From positions 27,158,001-27,222,000 of the forward strand of contig NC_086097.1 of NCBI RefSeq assembly GCF_963921235.1: DNA of 64,000 nucleotides, given 5' to 3'. Both the position numbers and the translations under genes were made by a program. Shown one piece after another: positions 1-13,922 of this stretch. Below the pieces are notes generated by a model. The model had not been told where the DNA came from, searched no databases, and was given only the letters and a program-made list of their open reading frames with translations. This DNA comes from Mobula hypostoma (lineage: Eukaryota). Every line of letters begins with the position of its first letter. Position 1 is the stretch's first letter.

Positions 1-58
1 AGTAATCCACTGCTTTTTGGGATCAAGACCAATGCAGACATCCCCCTTCCTCTTGTAT
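1..58 (-). CDS. NRDE2: NRDE2 coding exon 5, partial (YKRKGDVCIGLDPKKQWIT...), continues beyond the window
   Basis: Matches human YKRKGDSCLGINPKKQCIS. ttacag| acceptor at 59-60; phase 2, consistent with exon 4. Confidence 0.93.
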
Positions 59-337
59 CTGTAATACACAACCACCATGTTTAACTATTTATTGATGAGC
101 AAGTCTAATATACAAGTCCTGAATACAACAAGCAGTCCTGATGAACGGTTTTGGCAAAACACTGCCTGTTTATTCCCCTACGTAGATTCTGCCTGACATG
201 CAGAATTCCTCCAGTATTTTGTGTATTCCATAGCCTTGTGCGTTCCCTCACCCATCAGCAGATCTCTGCACTAGCCTATTTCTCTGAATTGATAAAATCT
301 CCAGTGTGCACCACTGTATCATTAGCAACCATGCCTC

Positions 338-815
338 AGACCACAAGACTGTAAGACACAGGAGAATTAGGCCCTTTGTTCCATCAAGTTTGCTCTGCTC
401 ATGGCTGATTTATTTTCTCTCTCAACCCCATATTCCTGCCTTCTCCCCATAATCATTGTAGGCCTTACTGATCAAGAACCACTTTAATTATCCACAATGA
501 CCTGGTCTCCACAGCTGTGTGTGGCAATGAATTCCACAGATTCGGCACCTTCTGGCTAAAGAAATCCTTCATCATCTCTATTCTGAAGGGACATTCTTCT
601 ATTCTGAGACTGTCCCCTCTGGTCCAACACTCTCCCACTATTGGAAACATCTGCTGCACATCTAGTCTAAGTCTTTCAATATTCAGTAGGTTTCAATGAG
701 ATCTCCCCTCATTCTTCTAAACTCCAGCAAGTACAGGCCCAGAGTCATCAAATGCTCCTCATATATCAACACTTCCATGGCCAGGATCATTTTCATAAAC
801 ATTTTCTGGACCCTT
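338..815 (-). mobile_element. CR1 3' fragment
   Basis: FPIVGE..TRGDSLRI...FFSQKVPNLWNSLP plus CR1-type tail. Confidence 0.8.
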
Positions 816-3264
816 TATCTATCTGGACTCATAATTTTGGAATTCCCTTTCTATAACTCTTTCCAGGATGCTCCTTAAAAGAACTAGATAATCTTACAGG
901 AGTCAATGTTGAATCTAATTTGATTCTGCTGTTAAATTCCGTGGGGAATTTTACAGTATTAAAGGCTCGAGTTACTGGGCAGTCACTGTGGTGTCTATTA
1001 CAGATTTTCTGTCAGCATGGTCATTTACTGGGGTAAAGGTCACAGGGATGGATGGGGGAGATGGGGAGGGAGGTTTGGCAGCAGTTATACTGAATGCACA
1101 GGCTCCATGAAAGGAAATATACCGATTCAAAGTTAACACGATAACATGGATCAAATTGTCAGTCGAGAAAAAGATAAAGATCTAAAGATTAGATTTACTT
1201 GTCCACCAAAACACACAGTGAAATGCACTGATGACGTCAATGACCTATACAGTCAAGGCTGGACTGGGGGCAGCCTGCAAGTATCGCGAAGCTTCTGGTG
1301 CCAACACAGAATGCTCACAACTTACTAACCCTAATCTGTATGTCTTTGGGGCGCGAGAGTTAACAGAGCACCCATGCGGTCACAGGGAGAATGTACAAAC
1401 TCCTTACACACGGTGGTGGAATTGAAGCACAGGACTCGATACACAATGTTAAGCTAGCTGCTATGCTGCTGGAAAAGCCTATTTTTCAATAAATCACTGA
1501 ATTCTACAGTGCAGGAGACTGCTCAATTTAACATGTCTGTTCCAGCTTTGGCCTTGAAAGATTAACAAATTTGTCTAACACCTCCTCTTTTTTTCATTAC
1601 ACCAATTCTTCCCTTTGAAGAATGTATCCACGTCCATTTTAACAGTAATCTATAAATTATCTTCCACCACCCATTCCATAAATACATTCCAGTTAATCAG
1701 TAGTCATTCTCCTTGAAGTAATGAAGGTTTCAAAGATCTAATAGAGGTGTTCAATATTGTAGTCTGAGAAGCAAAAGTCATACATTGAGAGCGATGGGTA
1801 ATAGATGAAGAGGTGGGATGTGGGTGAGAGAACATGGGGGAAAATATTTTGTTGTACACAGACAGTGGTTTTGATCTGGATCATCACCTGTTACTGAAAC
1901 ATTAAGTCAATCTCTTTCACGAAAAGGAACTGGAAGCAGAATAATTTGTAGAAATGCAGACATGGATTCAATGGGCCAAGTGACCACCTCTTATGCCACA
2001 ATGATTTACGCTACGTTCTGAAATTCTCCACATAATCCTTCATTTTCATAAACAGGTACTCCCTGCTTATCAATGGAAATTGCTTCTCTTTAGTCACTAG
2101 AGAGCAATCTCAGCTTCTTCACTCCAGAAAAAGTTGGCAGAAAGTGGCAGATACAGTCCAGTGCATCACAGAGAGGAGGAGAAACTTACTTAGCCAGAGA
2201 ATGGTGAAACTGTGCAATTCATTGACATGGCTGGCTATGGAGGCCAGGGCATTGGGTATATTTAAGGCAGAGGTCAACAGGCTCTTGATTAGCCAGGGCA
2301 TGACGGGTTATGGAGAAAAGACAGGAGATTAGAGCTGAGAGGGAACTGGATCAGCCATGATGAAATGGCAGAGCAGACTCAATGGGCCAAACGGCCTAAT
2401 TCTGCTCCTATATCGAATGGTCTTATGGTCAGGCAAACCCCTCCCATCATTGAGCACAATTTCATGGCGCAGTGCCAAAGGAAAGCAACATTCATCATGA
2501 AAGCCCCCACCATCCACTCCATAACCTCTTCTCACTACTACCATCAGGCAGGAGGTACAGAAGCCTTAAGTCCCATACCACCAGGCTCAAGAAAAATTAT
2601 TACTGCACAAATATTAATCTCCTGAATCCGCACGGATAACTTAATTCACCACTACTCCAAACTGATTCTACGACCTACAGACTTACTTTCAAGGACTCTT
2701 TACAACACGTGTTCTCAGTAACGCAGACAAACTGCTGGAGGAACTCAACAGGTCAGAGTGCTACCTGATCTGCCAAATTCCTTCAGCATTTTGTGTCTGT
2801 TACTCTGGATTTCCAGCATCTGCAGAATCTCTTGCATTAACAATGGTCTTGGCATTCATTTCTTTATTTGCACTTTGATTGTTTGTCAGTCTTTATGTAT
2901 AGTTTTTTTAAACAAATGTTATTATATTTCTCCCCCCCCGTAAATGCCAGCAAGAAAATGAGTCTCAAGATAGCACATGGAAACACATACGTACATTGAT
3001 AATAATTTACTTTGAACTTTCGAACTCTCCACACAGATGACATCTTTCATCCTGTGTAATCATTTGGCTAAAGTTCCACGGCATCTTCCACAAAGGATTG
3101 ACTGGAATCTGGAAAGACCAACTGCTGGGCAAGTGGGCTTGTCCTTTATACATATCCAGTTTAAAGCTCTGGCCTGTTGAATGACAACATAGCTCACTGA
3201 TACAGTAAGCACAGGCTGGCCTTGAAGCAACGACTACCTCAGAGGATTCCCCAATAGAGCAATT

Positions 3265-3715
3265 ATAGAAAGGACATGGAAGCTTCAGAGAGGGTACAGA
3301 GAAGATTTACCAGGATACTGCCTGGATTAGAGAGCATGTCTCGTGAGGAAAGGCAGAGTGAGCTAGGGCTTATCTCTTTGGAGAACAGGAGACTGAGAGG
3401 TGACTTGATAGAGATGTACAAAATGATAAGCATAGAATGAGTGGACAGCCAGAGACTTTCCCAGAATGGAGATGGCTAATACGAGAGGGCATAATTTTAA
3501 GGTGATTAGAGAAAAATATAGGGGGAATGTCAGAGGTGCCCCGCCAGGGGTGGGACGTTAGGGACGTTTAAGAAACTTTCAGGTAGGCACATAGATGATA
3601 GAAAAATGGAGGGCTATGTAGGAAGGAACGATTAGATTGATCTTAAGAGTAGGCTAAAGGGTCAGCACAACATGGTGGACTGAAGGGCCTGTACTGTGAT
3701 GCAGTGTTCCACGTC
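3265..3715 (+). mobile_element. CR1 3' fragment (similar copies at ~7205-7890, 14785-15130, 19455-19905, 46490-46860, 48305-48760 minus, 50640-50870)
   Basis: RFTRILPGLES..EERQSELGLISLENRRLRGDLIE remnants; GAAGGGCCTGTACTGTG 3' end. Confidence 0.75.
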
Positions 3716-5399
3716 CTAAGAAACTGTATCTACCCTCTAAATTTCTTTAAAACGATTTTGATTACTCCATATTAAATACAGGAAGGCACAGCTGATAGGG
3801 GTGCTCCTTCTCAGGCATTTACACATTCTCCCCATGACCATCTGGGTTTTCTCTACGTGCTGCTCCCACGTGAGCTACGCGAGGGCTGATAGGTGAACTG
3901 GCCACTCATTGTAAACTGGCCCTGATGTGTGGGAATGTGGGGAGAATAAAATGGCACCAGTTAGGATTGGTGGAAATGGCTGCTTGATAGTCAACAAGGA
4001 CTCAGTGGGCCAAAGGGCCTGAATTTCTACTCACCATCACACTCCCTGTGTGTGTGGGTGTAGAAAGAGTCTTGTTTTCTATTGTGTTCTGTGTTGTTCT
4101 GCTGAACATTATGGACATGCTATATTGTAACCAGAATGTGTGGCAACATTTGCAGGCTGCCCCCAGCACACCCTTAGGTCGTGCTGGTTATTGACACAAA
4201 TGACAGATTTCACTGCATGTTTCAATGCAGATGCGATACGTAAATGAGTCTGAAATCTGAAATCTAAAATGAAAGGATGCAAGCCAAGTGGTGAGTGTGT
4301 GGAACACTCTGCCAGGATGGTGGTAGATGCAGATACATTAGGGGATATTTAGGAGATTCTTAGATGGGCACATGGATGTTAGAAAAATGGAGGGTTGTGG
4401 GAGGAAAGGCTTAGATTGACCTTGGAGTAGGTTAGAGGACTGGTACAACATTGTGGACCAAAGGGCCATACTGTGCTGTGCTGTTCTGTGTTTATCCAAA
4501 CTGTCTTCAGAATTCAAACCTATCAGTTTACACTGCACCTCGATCAAAGCCAACATGTTAGAGCAGGGCCCTGTTGGGTTAGTAAGCAGCAGTACTGCAG
4601 TCTGAACAATCTTCAGCAGGGCAAAACCAAGACTCCCGAGCTTTATTTCTGAAGTGAAACTCCACCCTCCATTCAGATAATTGACGTGACAACTCTGTGT
4701 TGAACATCACTGACCCGACACTTTGTATTTACCATTATGTGAAAGCTGTCTACCCGCAGGGAGTAATGACAATTGTTGAGACATTTCATCTCATGGCTAA
4801 TTAAGTCTGCCTTTATGCCAAAACAATATTGACATAGGGCATTGTTTAGCAGTCAGCTGGAAGACAGCCCATGGGACACGGGAAGGCAGTCCATTAGCAC
4901 GGACTGGATGCAAAGCGACTTACAAGAAAATGGATTTGTACAAAGTGACGAGTGCTCTCTCCCTCCCTTGGAATAATCTGTCATTGACACAGAGACCTGC
5001 TTCCCTCATCAAACCTTCAATTACAAGAAAATAATTGTTCTTGGGATACGTGTACATTGAGCTGGCTGCAGTTATTGTGTAGCCCAGTGATTTGAGCTGC
5101 TTAGTGTTAATACAGGGGATGAGGGTGATGGATAAATCAGATTTTGTTGAGACTAAATTCGAAGGAAGTGGAACAAGATAATTTACAAGGTACTGGAAAG
5201 TATCAAACAGTTAAGATACAACTACAGAACTAACAGGCAACCAGCAATTGTGGAGAGTCTTGCCAACCTCAGTACTGATTTTTGCTTACATAGTATCTTT
5301 AGCATGGGAAACTATCCAAAGGCTCTTCACAGGAAGGTAATCGAGCTAAAAGTGACACTGAGGCAAAAATCCAGAAACAGTCTAGAAGCTTGCAAGGTC

Positions 5400-5850
5400 T
5401 TCTTGCAATCACTTGAGTCGAGTATGATGTTCTCCTAAGGGGTTGTCTATAGGTGGGTCCTCAGGTGGCTGTAGAGGCTGATCCACAATCCACATAACTG
5501 GAACGTTAGGATGCATTCCATTAACGGAGAACACCTGTGCATGACTTTGATGTGGGCAGCCACTACATGGTCCTTGACAGATCGAGGTCAGGGTCCAGTG
5601 GCGTAGAATGATAAATGACTGGGGACCCTTCACTGCTGCATTTCCTCCACCTCCAATGCCACTGTGATGCATTATCATCTTCCACCAGCCCCACTGTTGA
5701 CATATTGGTGGGATAACTCTTTGTATGGAACCTCTCTCTTAACCTTACTGCTATGAGTGACCCTACCAGGATCTAAACTCCAGATAGCATCGCTTTCAGG
5801 AACTCACCAACCTCTCTGCCACAACAAGGTGACGATCCTCAGAGAAGAAG
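5400..5850 (-). mobile_element. RTE (Rex3/Expander-like) non-autonomous derivative
   Basis: Minus-strand start CACCTTGTTGTGGCAGAGAGG...CCTGGTAGGGTCACTCAT resembles RTE 5' UTRs. Confidence 0.5.
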
Positions 5851-6947
5851 GAGAATTTAAATGGTATGCTTAAGAAGTGAGAAATTGCACTGCCTTAAAG
5901 AATAATGGGTAGTATTTCATAGAAACATATAAAACCTACAGCACAATACAGGCCCTTCGGCCCACAAAGCTGTGCCGAGCATGTCCCTACCTTAGAAAAT
6001 ACTAGGCTTACCCATAGCCCTCTATTTTTCTAAGCTCCATGTACCTATCCAAAAGTCTCTTGAAAGACCCTATCGTATCCACCTCCACCACCATTGCCGG
6101 CAGCCCATTCTACGCACTCACCACTCTCTGCGTAAAAAAAATTTTGCAGCAGGCTTTCAGAGAAAAGATAGAAGTGAGGTAATGTGACTAACTGGAGCTG
6201 GAGTGGGCTCAATAGATAAATGGTCCCAATTGACAGTGCCGCAGCCAAATCCAAACATCAGAGAGTTCAAGGAAGAAAGATTGAAGATTAAGATTGACGA
6301 TTTGCTTTATATGTCATGTGTACACCCAAACATTGCAATTAGTGAAATGCATTGTTTGCGTCAACAACCAAAACAGTTCGAGGATGTGCTGGGCAGCCCG
6401 CAAGTGTTGCCATGCTTCTGGTGTTAAGATAGCATGCCCGGAACTCATTAACCTTCACTCTAACTCATATATTTTTGGAATATTGGAGGAAGCTGGAACA
6501 CAAGGGAAAATCCATGTGGTCATGGGGGGAATGTACAAATTGAACATACAACTAGCACTGTAAAACATAACATTAACCGCTATGCTACCATGCTACCCGA
6601 ACTAGATGGATATTTGGCAGAGAAAGCAATTGAGGTATGCAACAGAAAGTATGGCAAGTGGCAATTTTCAACAACATAAAGAGAGCCTGTAGATGCTGGA
6701 AATCCAGGGTGACGCACACAAAATGCTGGAGGAACTCAGCAGGTCAAGCAGCATCTATGGATGTTTCAGGACAAGATCCTACATCAGGGTAATTATCAGC
6801 TTCCAGTTCCATTCAAATGTTCTCTGCCAGTACAGTGCCATGCTCCCATTCAAAACACCTATTCCAAACGGCGCATCACACTCAATGTCATAAGTCAATC
6901 ACAAGGGAAGTATCAACGAGTCTTACAGCTTCTCTCATTACTAGTAC

Positions 6948-7094
6948 CTTGCCAGGTCTCCACGATAGAGCGACTTGTACTCCCAGTTGCCAGGATCAGG
7001 CTTTCTGTCGATGCAGAAGGTCTGCGCAGTCTGCTCTTGGAGGTCATCCAGCCACATGAATGCACCCACAGGCAAGTCACTACAGGCTTCATCC
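6948..7094 (-). CDS. NRDE2: NRDE2 coding exon 4 (DEACSDLPVGAFMWLDDLQEQTAQTFCIDRKPDPGNWEYKSLYRGDLAR)
   Basis: Close match to human FVWLEDIQAVTGETFRTDKKPDPANWEYKSLYRGDIAR. tttgcag| acceptor and |gtacta donor; 147 nt. Confidence 0.96.
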
Positions 7095-7967
7095 CTGCAA
7101 AGTTACAGAATCTGATTGCATATCTATCCGACTGTATATTTCAAATCATGTATATTTCAATATTTCAATTCCTATGCAAAGGGACAGGTGGGTTCCATTC
7201 TGGTCACCTCATTAAAGGAAAGATGTGGAAGGTTTAGAGAGGAGATTTACCAGGAGACTGCCTGGATTAGACAGAATGTCTTATGAGGATCAACTGAGCG
7301 AGCTAGGACTTTTCTCTTTGGAGTGAAGGATGATGAAAGGTGACTTGATGAAGGTGTACAAGATGATAAGAGGCAGAGAGACTTTCTAGAACTCTATGTA
7401 CTCATATCTCTATTTGCATAGTTTATCTCTTTCTTTTGTGCATTTATGTAGTTTCTCAGTGATTCTATGGTATTTCTCTGTTCTGCTGTGAATGCCTGCA
7501 AGAAAATGAATCGCAGAGAAGTATATGGTGACATACACATACTTCGATAATAAACTTGCTTTGAACTTTGAGATCTAGTGGGCAGCCAGAGATTTGTCCT
7601 GGGGCAGAAATGACTACTATGAGGGGATATAATTTGAAGGTGTTTGGAGGAGAGTACGGAGGGGTGGGGAGATGTCAGAGCTAAGTTTTTAAACAGAGAG
7701 TGGTGGGTACATGGAACACGCTGCCTGGTGTGGTAGCAGAAGATACATTAGGGACATTAGATAGGCACATGCCTGAAAGAAAAATGGAAAGCTAAGGGAA
7801 GGGAAGGGTTAGATTGATTTTGGAGTAGATTAAAAGGTCGGCACAACATTATGGGCCAAAAGGCCTGTATGGTGCAATACTGTTCTATGTTCTAAAGGAT
7901 GTGCTGGAAGACTCAACAAAACTACAGCAATGTTCATTGATATGGTATCGTAGTGCAATCTCCTCAC

Positions 7968-8177
7968 CTCTCAATGGGGACCTCTTTGCCTTTATCCCAG
8001 AGGAGCTCAGGGTCCGTATCACTGCTGGAATGATAACTGTCTCTGTTTTTCTTTTTCTCCTTTTTGTGACGGCGATGTTTCTTCTTCTTTTTCTTCTTCT
8101 TGGCCGCAACATGCTCTTCACCACTGTCAAGCGATCTGGGGGACAACCTCCCAGATACTTCACGGTCTGAATATGCA
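7968..8177 (-). CDS. NRDE2: NRDE2 coding exon 3, lysine/histidine-rich segment (KKKKKKKKHRRHKKEKKK...SSSDTD)
   Basis: ttttcag| acceptor and |gtgagg donor; 210 nt. Poly-Lys/His tract followed by SSS-DTD resembles the NRDE2 N-terminal basic region. Frame is continuous with exons 2 and 4. Confidence 0.9.
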
Positions 8178-8789
8178 CTGAAAATGCAGTTAGATAAGGA
8201 ATCATTAACCACCTGCTAACTGCTAGTCAATCACTAGTTAAAGCCACGCTATCATTGTTGTCCAGTCCTGGCTTCTTCAAAGCCTTGCAACGTCCCCTCC
8301 CTTTCTTGGTCAAGATTAGAGGCAACATCATAGTGCAGGAATAGAGGGGGGTAAGAGGGGATCCAGAATGGGGAGTGTTCTTCCCTCTTTTTTGAATCTC
8401 TCTTTTCCCTTTCCCCATTCTGGCTCTCCTCTTACCCCTTTCTCTTCTCATCTGCCTATCATCTCACTCTGGTGCCCCTCATCCTTCTCTCCCTCCCATG
8501 GTCCACTCCTATCAGATTCCTTTTTCTTCACCTTTTCCACCCATCACCTCCCAGCTTCTAACTTCATCCCCCATTCCCCACCTTGTCCATCACTAAATTC
8601 ACCTATCACACACCAGCTTGTACTCCTTCCCCTCTCCCCAACTTCCTTTTTTAGCTTCTTCCCCATTCCTTTTCAGTCCTGATAAAGGGTCTTGGCCCAA
8701 AATGTCCGCTCTTTATTCCTCTCCATGCATGCTGCCTCACCTGCTGAGTTCCTCTAGCATTTTGTGTAGTCACAGAGGTAGCCAGATAC

Positions 8790-11070
8790 ACTCCATATCT
8801 ATCACTTCATGATCCTCACTGCAGTTTACATACTGCCAAAAGCCAACTAGGCACTCGAGATATTGAATGCTGTCATCACCAAACAAGAAACTGCCCACCC
8901 CAGCACATTTCAAATCATACTCAAGAACTTCAATCAGGCTTGTTTGAAGAAATCTCTGCTCAATTATCATCAGCATGTAACCTGCAGCACCAAGGGTCCA
9001 AACACACTAGACCACTGCTATACTATGATTAGGAATGCCTACCGTTCCATCCCTAGACTGCAATTCGGGAAATCTGATCACTTGGCTGTGCTTCTATCTG
9101 CATACAGGCAGACCCTAAAGAGCAAGGCTATGGGATTGCTTCCAGTCACTGGACTAGACCAAGTTCAAAGACTTAGCACGGGATCTGAACAAATACACCA
9201 CGGCTGTCACCCACTTTAGTGGCAATTCCAAACCAGTCTCTGGGGGATGCTTGACAGCCGTGTCAGGGCTTGAATGCTATTACCTCTTACAAAATGAAAC
9301 CAAGCAACATTGGTTACAAGAATTCGCTCCCAGGTGAGCTCAACACCTTTTATGCTCACTTTGACTGTCAAAACATGGAGAAACCTTCACAAACTCCCAC
9401 AGCCCCGATGATCCTGTGATTTCAATCTCTGAGGCCGACGTGAGACCATTCTGCAGGAGGGTGAACTGACTGAAAGCATCAAGTCGAGATGGGCTACCTG
9501 GCTGAGTACTAAAGACCTATGCTGATCAACTGGCTGGCGTGTTCACCAATACCTTTAACCTCTTGCTTCGGCAGTCTGAAGTGCCTACCTGCTTCAAGCA
9601 GGATTCAATTACACCGGTGCCCAAGAAGAATTCATGGTAACTTGCCTCAATAACTATTGTCCGGTAGTACTTACATCTACTATTATGAAATAATTCGAGA
9701 GATTGGTGTTGAAACTTATCAACTCCTGCCTGAGAAGTGACTTAGATCTGCTCCAATTTGCTACTGCCTCAAATGGCCCACAGTGGATGCCAATTCACTG
9801 ACTCTTCACTCAACCCTGGAACATCTGGACAGCAAAGATGCATCCATCAGGATCAGGATGCTCCTTATTGACTACAGCTCAGCATTCAACACTATCATCC
9901 CCTCAAAACTATTCAATAAGCTTCAAGACCTTGGCCTCATTACCTCCTTGTGCAACTGGATCCTCGATTTCCTCACTTGCAGACCTCAATAGTCAGCTCA
10001 GATTGGCAACATCTTCTCCACAAACCCTATCAGCACATGTGTGATTAGCCTCCAGCTCTACTCACTTTATATTTACGACTGTGAGGCTAAGCATTGCTCC
10101 AATGCCATATTTAAGTTTGCTGATGACTCCACTGTCGTTGGCCGAATCAAAAGTAGTGACAAATCAGCATAAAGGAGGGAGATTTAAAGTCTGGTTGAGC
10201 TGTGCCACAACAGCAACCTCTCACTCAGTTTCAGCAAGACCAAGAAGCTGATTACTGACTTCAAGTCACAAAGCTTTTATTGTCATTTCAACCATAACTG
10301 CTGGTACAGTACACAGTAAAAACGAAACAACATTCCTCCAGGATCAGGGGGTCCATGAGCCAATCCTCACTGGTGGATCAGAAGTGGAGAGGGCCGGCCA
10401 CTTAAAATTCCTCTGTGTTACCATTACAGAGGATGTCCTGGGCCCAGAATGTCGGTGCAATTACGAAGGAAGCACAGCAGTGCCTCTACTTCCATAGAAG
10501 TTTGCAAAGATTTGGCATGACATTTAAAACTTCAACAAACTTAAAAATTGATGTCTGGTGGAGAGGACATAGACTGGTGGTATCACTGCCTGGTATGGAA
10601 AGACCAACGCCCTTGAACAGAAAATCCAGGTTAAGCCCTTCCCACCATTGAGCACATCCACACAGAACGCTGTCGCAGGAAAGCAGCATCCATCATCAGG
10701 ATCCCCACCACCCAGGTCATTCTCTCTTCTCACTGCTGCCAATAGGAAGGTGGTACAGGAGCCTGAGGAACAGTTAGATTCAAGAATAGTTATTAACCCT
10801 CAACCATCAGGCTGTTGGACCAGATAACTTCACTCAGCTTCATTCACCTCATCACTGAACTGTTCCCACACTTATGGACTCACTTTCAAGGACTCTTCAT
10901 CTCATGTTCTCGTTGCTTATTGCTTATTTAGTTTATTTTTCTCTTTAGTATTTGTACAGTTGCTTGTCTTTTGCACATTGGTTGCTTGGCTGTCCTGTTG
11001 GATGTAGTCCTTCACTGATTCTATTGTGTTTCTTGGAATTACTGTGTATGCCCGTTAGTGGCATATATGC
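8790..11070 (+). mobile_element. Rex1/Babar-like LINE, decayed ORF2 (endonuclease end, RT, 3' UTR)
   Basis: TLDHCYT...[36 protein letters not shown]-like motif near 10116; many stops and frameshifts. Confidence 0.85.
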
Positions 11071-11078
11071 ACTTCGTG

Positions 11079-11140
11079 AGAGGGACGGGGGGACAGAGAG
11101 GGACGGGGGGGACAGAGGGACAGAGGGACAGAGGGACAGA
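11079..11140. repeat. (GGGACAGA)n-type purine-rich tandem repeat
   Basis: Directly visible. Confidence 0.85.
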
Positions 11141-12229
11141 TTAATGGACTGTTCAAAGGAGGAGCATTACATTCCTTTTATTGGTTATAGGAGCCTACTC
11201 AATCCTCCTACTATAGACAACTCATCCCATTTGCTATGAATACAGAAGCTTGTCAGACTGTTACTCAACCATTAAACCTTTCACCAATTCCAACTAATCT
11301 CCAACAGGAACCAAAGCAATGCAGGGACCACCTTGAGCTGCCAGCAAAGTGCAACTGAACACAAAACACTGCACGTTAAACAAGTATGGCTAATTATTCC
11401 ACAGGCAATCATACATACACAAGTAATCAGTTGACCAACACACATAGCCTTTGGAAAACAAAGCAATGCAGTGCAAGGGAGGGATGTAAAAGAAATGTAA
11501 AAAAGATGCAATTGGAAGTTGCACCACTGATCAGGTAGAGTGTCCCAGTGGCACTTAGAGAGGACATTCTGAGGTGACGTAGGTAGACCTCAGGAATAAG
11601 GGTCTTGGGAGTTACACTGAAAGTCTCCCAAAAAACTGTGGGAGTAACAGATATGTAGCAGCTAATGAGGTGTTAAAAGCAACAGGACTGTTATTGTGGG
11701 TGACTTTGATTAACCCATATTAACGGGGCTCCCTTAGTATCAAAAGTTTAGATGAGGCGGAATTTTTTTAATGCATCCACTTGTCATGAGGAACTGTAAG
11801 GAGATATCAGGACAATGTCAGAGAACTAACAGAACATGCTAAGTGCTTCTTCAAAGCAGTTCATTGACACTGGCCATCATATTCCATATTGTCACTGCTG
11901 GAAGTACAAGGAGGCCCTACTCATTCTTCTAGGCAAGGCCTCTTCCCTCTTCTCTTTTGCTGCTCATGGCTTAGTGATGCAGCTCAAAATATTGAGGCAG
12001 CAAAGTTAAAACATTTACAAAGGACCACGGTTGTTGGAGTTTAGGAGATATGATAAAAGCCAGTTGACAGTTATAGCACAAACCTGACTTTATGAGGATA
12101 GTCTGAGCGATCTAGATCTTTTCTCCTTGGAGCGAAAGAGGACAAGAGGTGACAAGAAGCAGAGACTGAGTGGACAGCCAGCACCTTATTCCCAGAGAGA
12201 CAATAGCAAATACGAGAAGGCGTATTTTT

Positions 12230-12920
12230 TGAAGTCAAGTTAGGTTTATTGTCATTTAACTATATACATGAATACCGTCAAACAAGACTTTTCTCCATAC
12301 CAGGGTGTAAAGCCCAGTAGTACACATAACACAAATATAACACACAATAACTTTGGAAAGTAAGGATAAATTACATATTGTAAGGTACAGAATAAATTAT
12401 CCAGTGACACTTCAAATGCGATGTAGCTGGGGGTTTAAAAGCCAAATGGCCTGAGGGAAGAAACTGTTTCCCATCCTGACCATTTTTTTTTAAATGCATC
12501 AGAGTCTCCTGCCTGATGACAGAAAGTCAAAGAGGAAGCTGGACGGATGGGCGGGATCCTTGATAATACTAAGGGCCCTCCATACACAGCACTCCTGATA
12601 AATGTCCGCAATGGATGTTAGGGAGACTCCTATGATCCTTTCAGACACTCAGTCTTTTGTTGGGACTTCTGGTCTGATGCTCTGCTGCTCCCATTCAAGA
12701 TAGAGATGCAACTTGTCAGGGTGCTCCAGTATAGTTCAGTTAAGATGGAGGTGGAGGGGAGCTTCGCTTGCCTCAGTCCCCTTAGGAAGTGGAGGTGCTG
12801 CTGTGCCCTCTTGTTCAGGGAGGTGATAACGAGGGACTAGGTGAGGTCATCCATGATGTGAACTCCCAGGAACTTAAGCACTTAACTCTCTCTAAAGAGG
12901 AGCCATGTATTCACAGATAA
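12230..12920 (-). mobile_element. Rex/Babar-like 3' fragment inserted in a CR1 fragment
   Basis: Homologous to the 36600-37325 region. Flanked by collinear CR1 3' sequence at 12090-12230 and 12920-13170. Confidence 0.7.
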
Positions 12921-13377
12921 TCTATTTAAGATGATTGGAGGAAGGTACCGGGGGGCCGGGGGGGGAGAGGAGAGAGAGATATCAGAGGTACTTTTTTTTT
13001 AAAAAACACAGTAGTGGGTGGTAGAGGCAGATATTTAGACGAAAGAAAAATGGAGAGCAACGCAGGAAGAATGGGTCAGATTAATATTGTAGTAGGTTAA
13101 AATGTTGGCACATCATCATAAATCAAAGGTCCTCACTGTGCCACACTGTTCTATGCTCCATGATCTATGTTCTATGCTGAACTTGGTTACACAGACAAAA
13201 ATCAAACCAAAGAAGTACTTTATAAATTTATACCCCAAGGGCAATGGGGGAGTGGGATTCACGCCGCTTGACACATCCTATGACTTGAAGCAAAAGAATG
13301 GACTGAAAGTGGACAAAAAACAGGGAGTGGGTAAAGAGGAGACAATGAATAGAGAGGTAGAGAGACGGAGGGTGTAC

Positions 13378-13486
13378 CTTGCCTGTGGTGACCCCTGGAC
13401 TGAGTCTGCTGCATTCCCCACGATGCGCTGGTGCAGCTGTAGGGCATCCTCAGTGCGGAAGCTTTGATTACTGAGCCAATCCAACC
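13378..13486 (-). CDS. NRDE2: NRDE2 coding exon 2 (LDWLSNQSFRTEDALQLHQRIVGNAADSVQGSPQA)
   Basis: LDWLSNxSF motif as in human NRDE2 (LDWLSNPSF). cag| acceptor and |gtacac donor; 109 nt, phase-compatible with exon 1. Confidence 0.93.
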
Positions 13487-13922
13487 CTGCAGGCAGCAGA
13501 AATCAATGTTACTTAGCAGCTGCGCTTTTTAATGTAAGGATTCATCAGATAAACTGACAGTAAATCACAGCAAATGCCATTAAAGTCATTCTTCACAGTC
13601 AAGGACAACATAATGTAAGTCAATGAAACCCTCGCTGATCACACTGCCCTCTGCTACTGCAGTGCTGACTGTCAAACTCCCACAGTAAGAGAAACCTCGG
13701 AAACGTGGATGGTGCAGTCTTCTAACGAGGACGTCACAGCTTCCTTGGCCTGAAGTAGCTTCAAAGCTTTTGTTGAAAAGATGCAGTCTGGATCACAGAT
13801 ACCAAGAGGTCATCATATATAACCTCTAACTTTAATAGCTCTTTGTATAATTCTTTATAATTGTTGACTTGATTTTGTTGCATGTCATGCCCTGACCAAC
13901 ACATCACAAGAAATTCCTAATA

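Noticed and set aside
6761..8170. Plus-strand ORFs 6761-7237 and 7901-8170 (hydrophobic, TM-like)
   Set aside because: Antisense shadows of NRDE2 exons 4 and 3; the F/L run is the reverse complement of poly-Lys codons.
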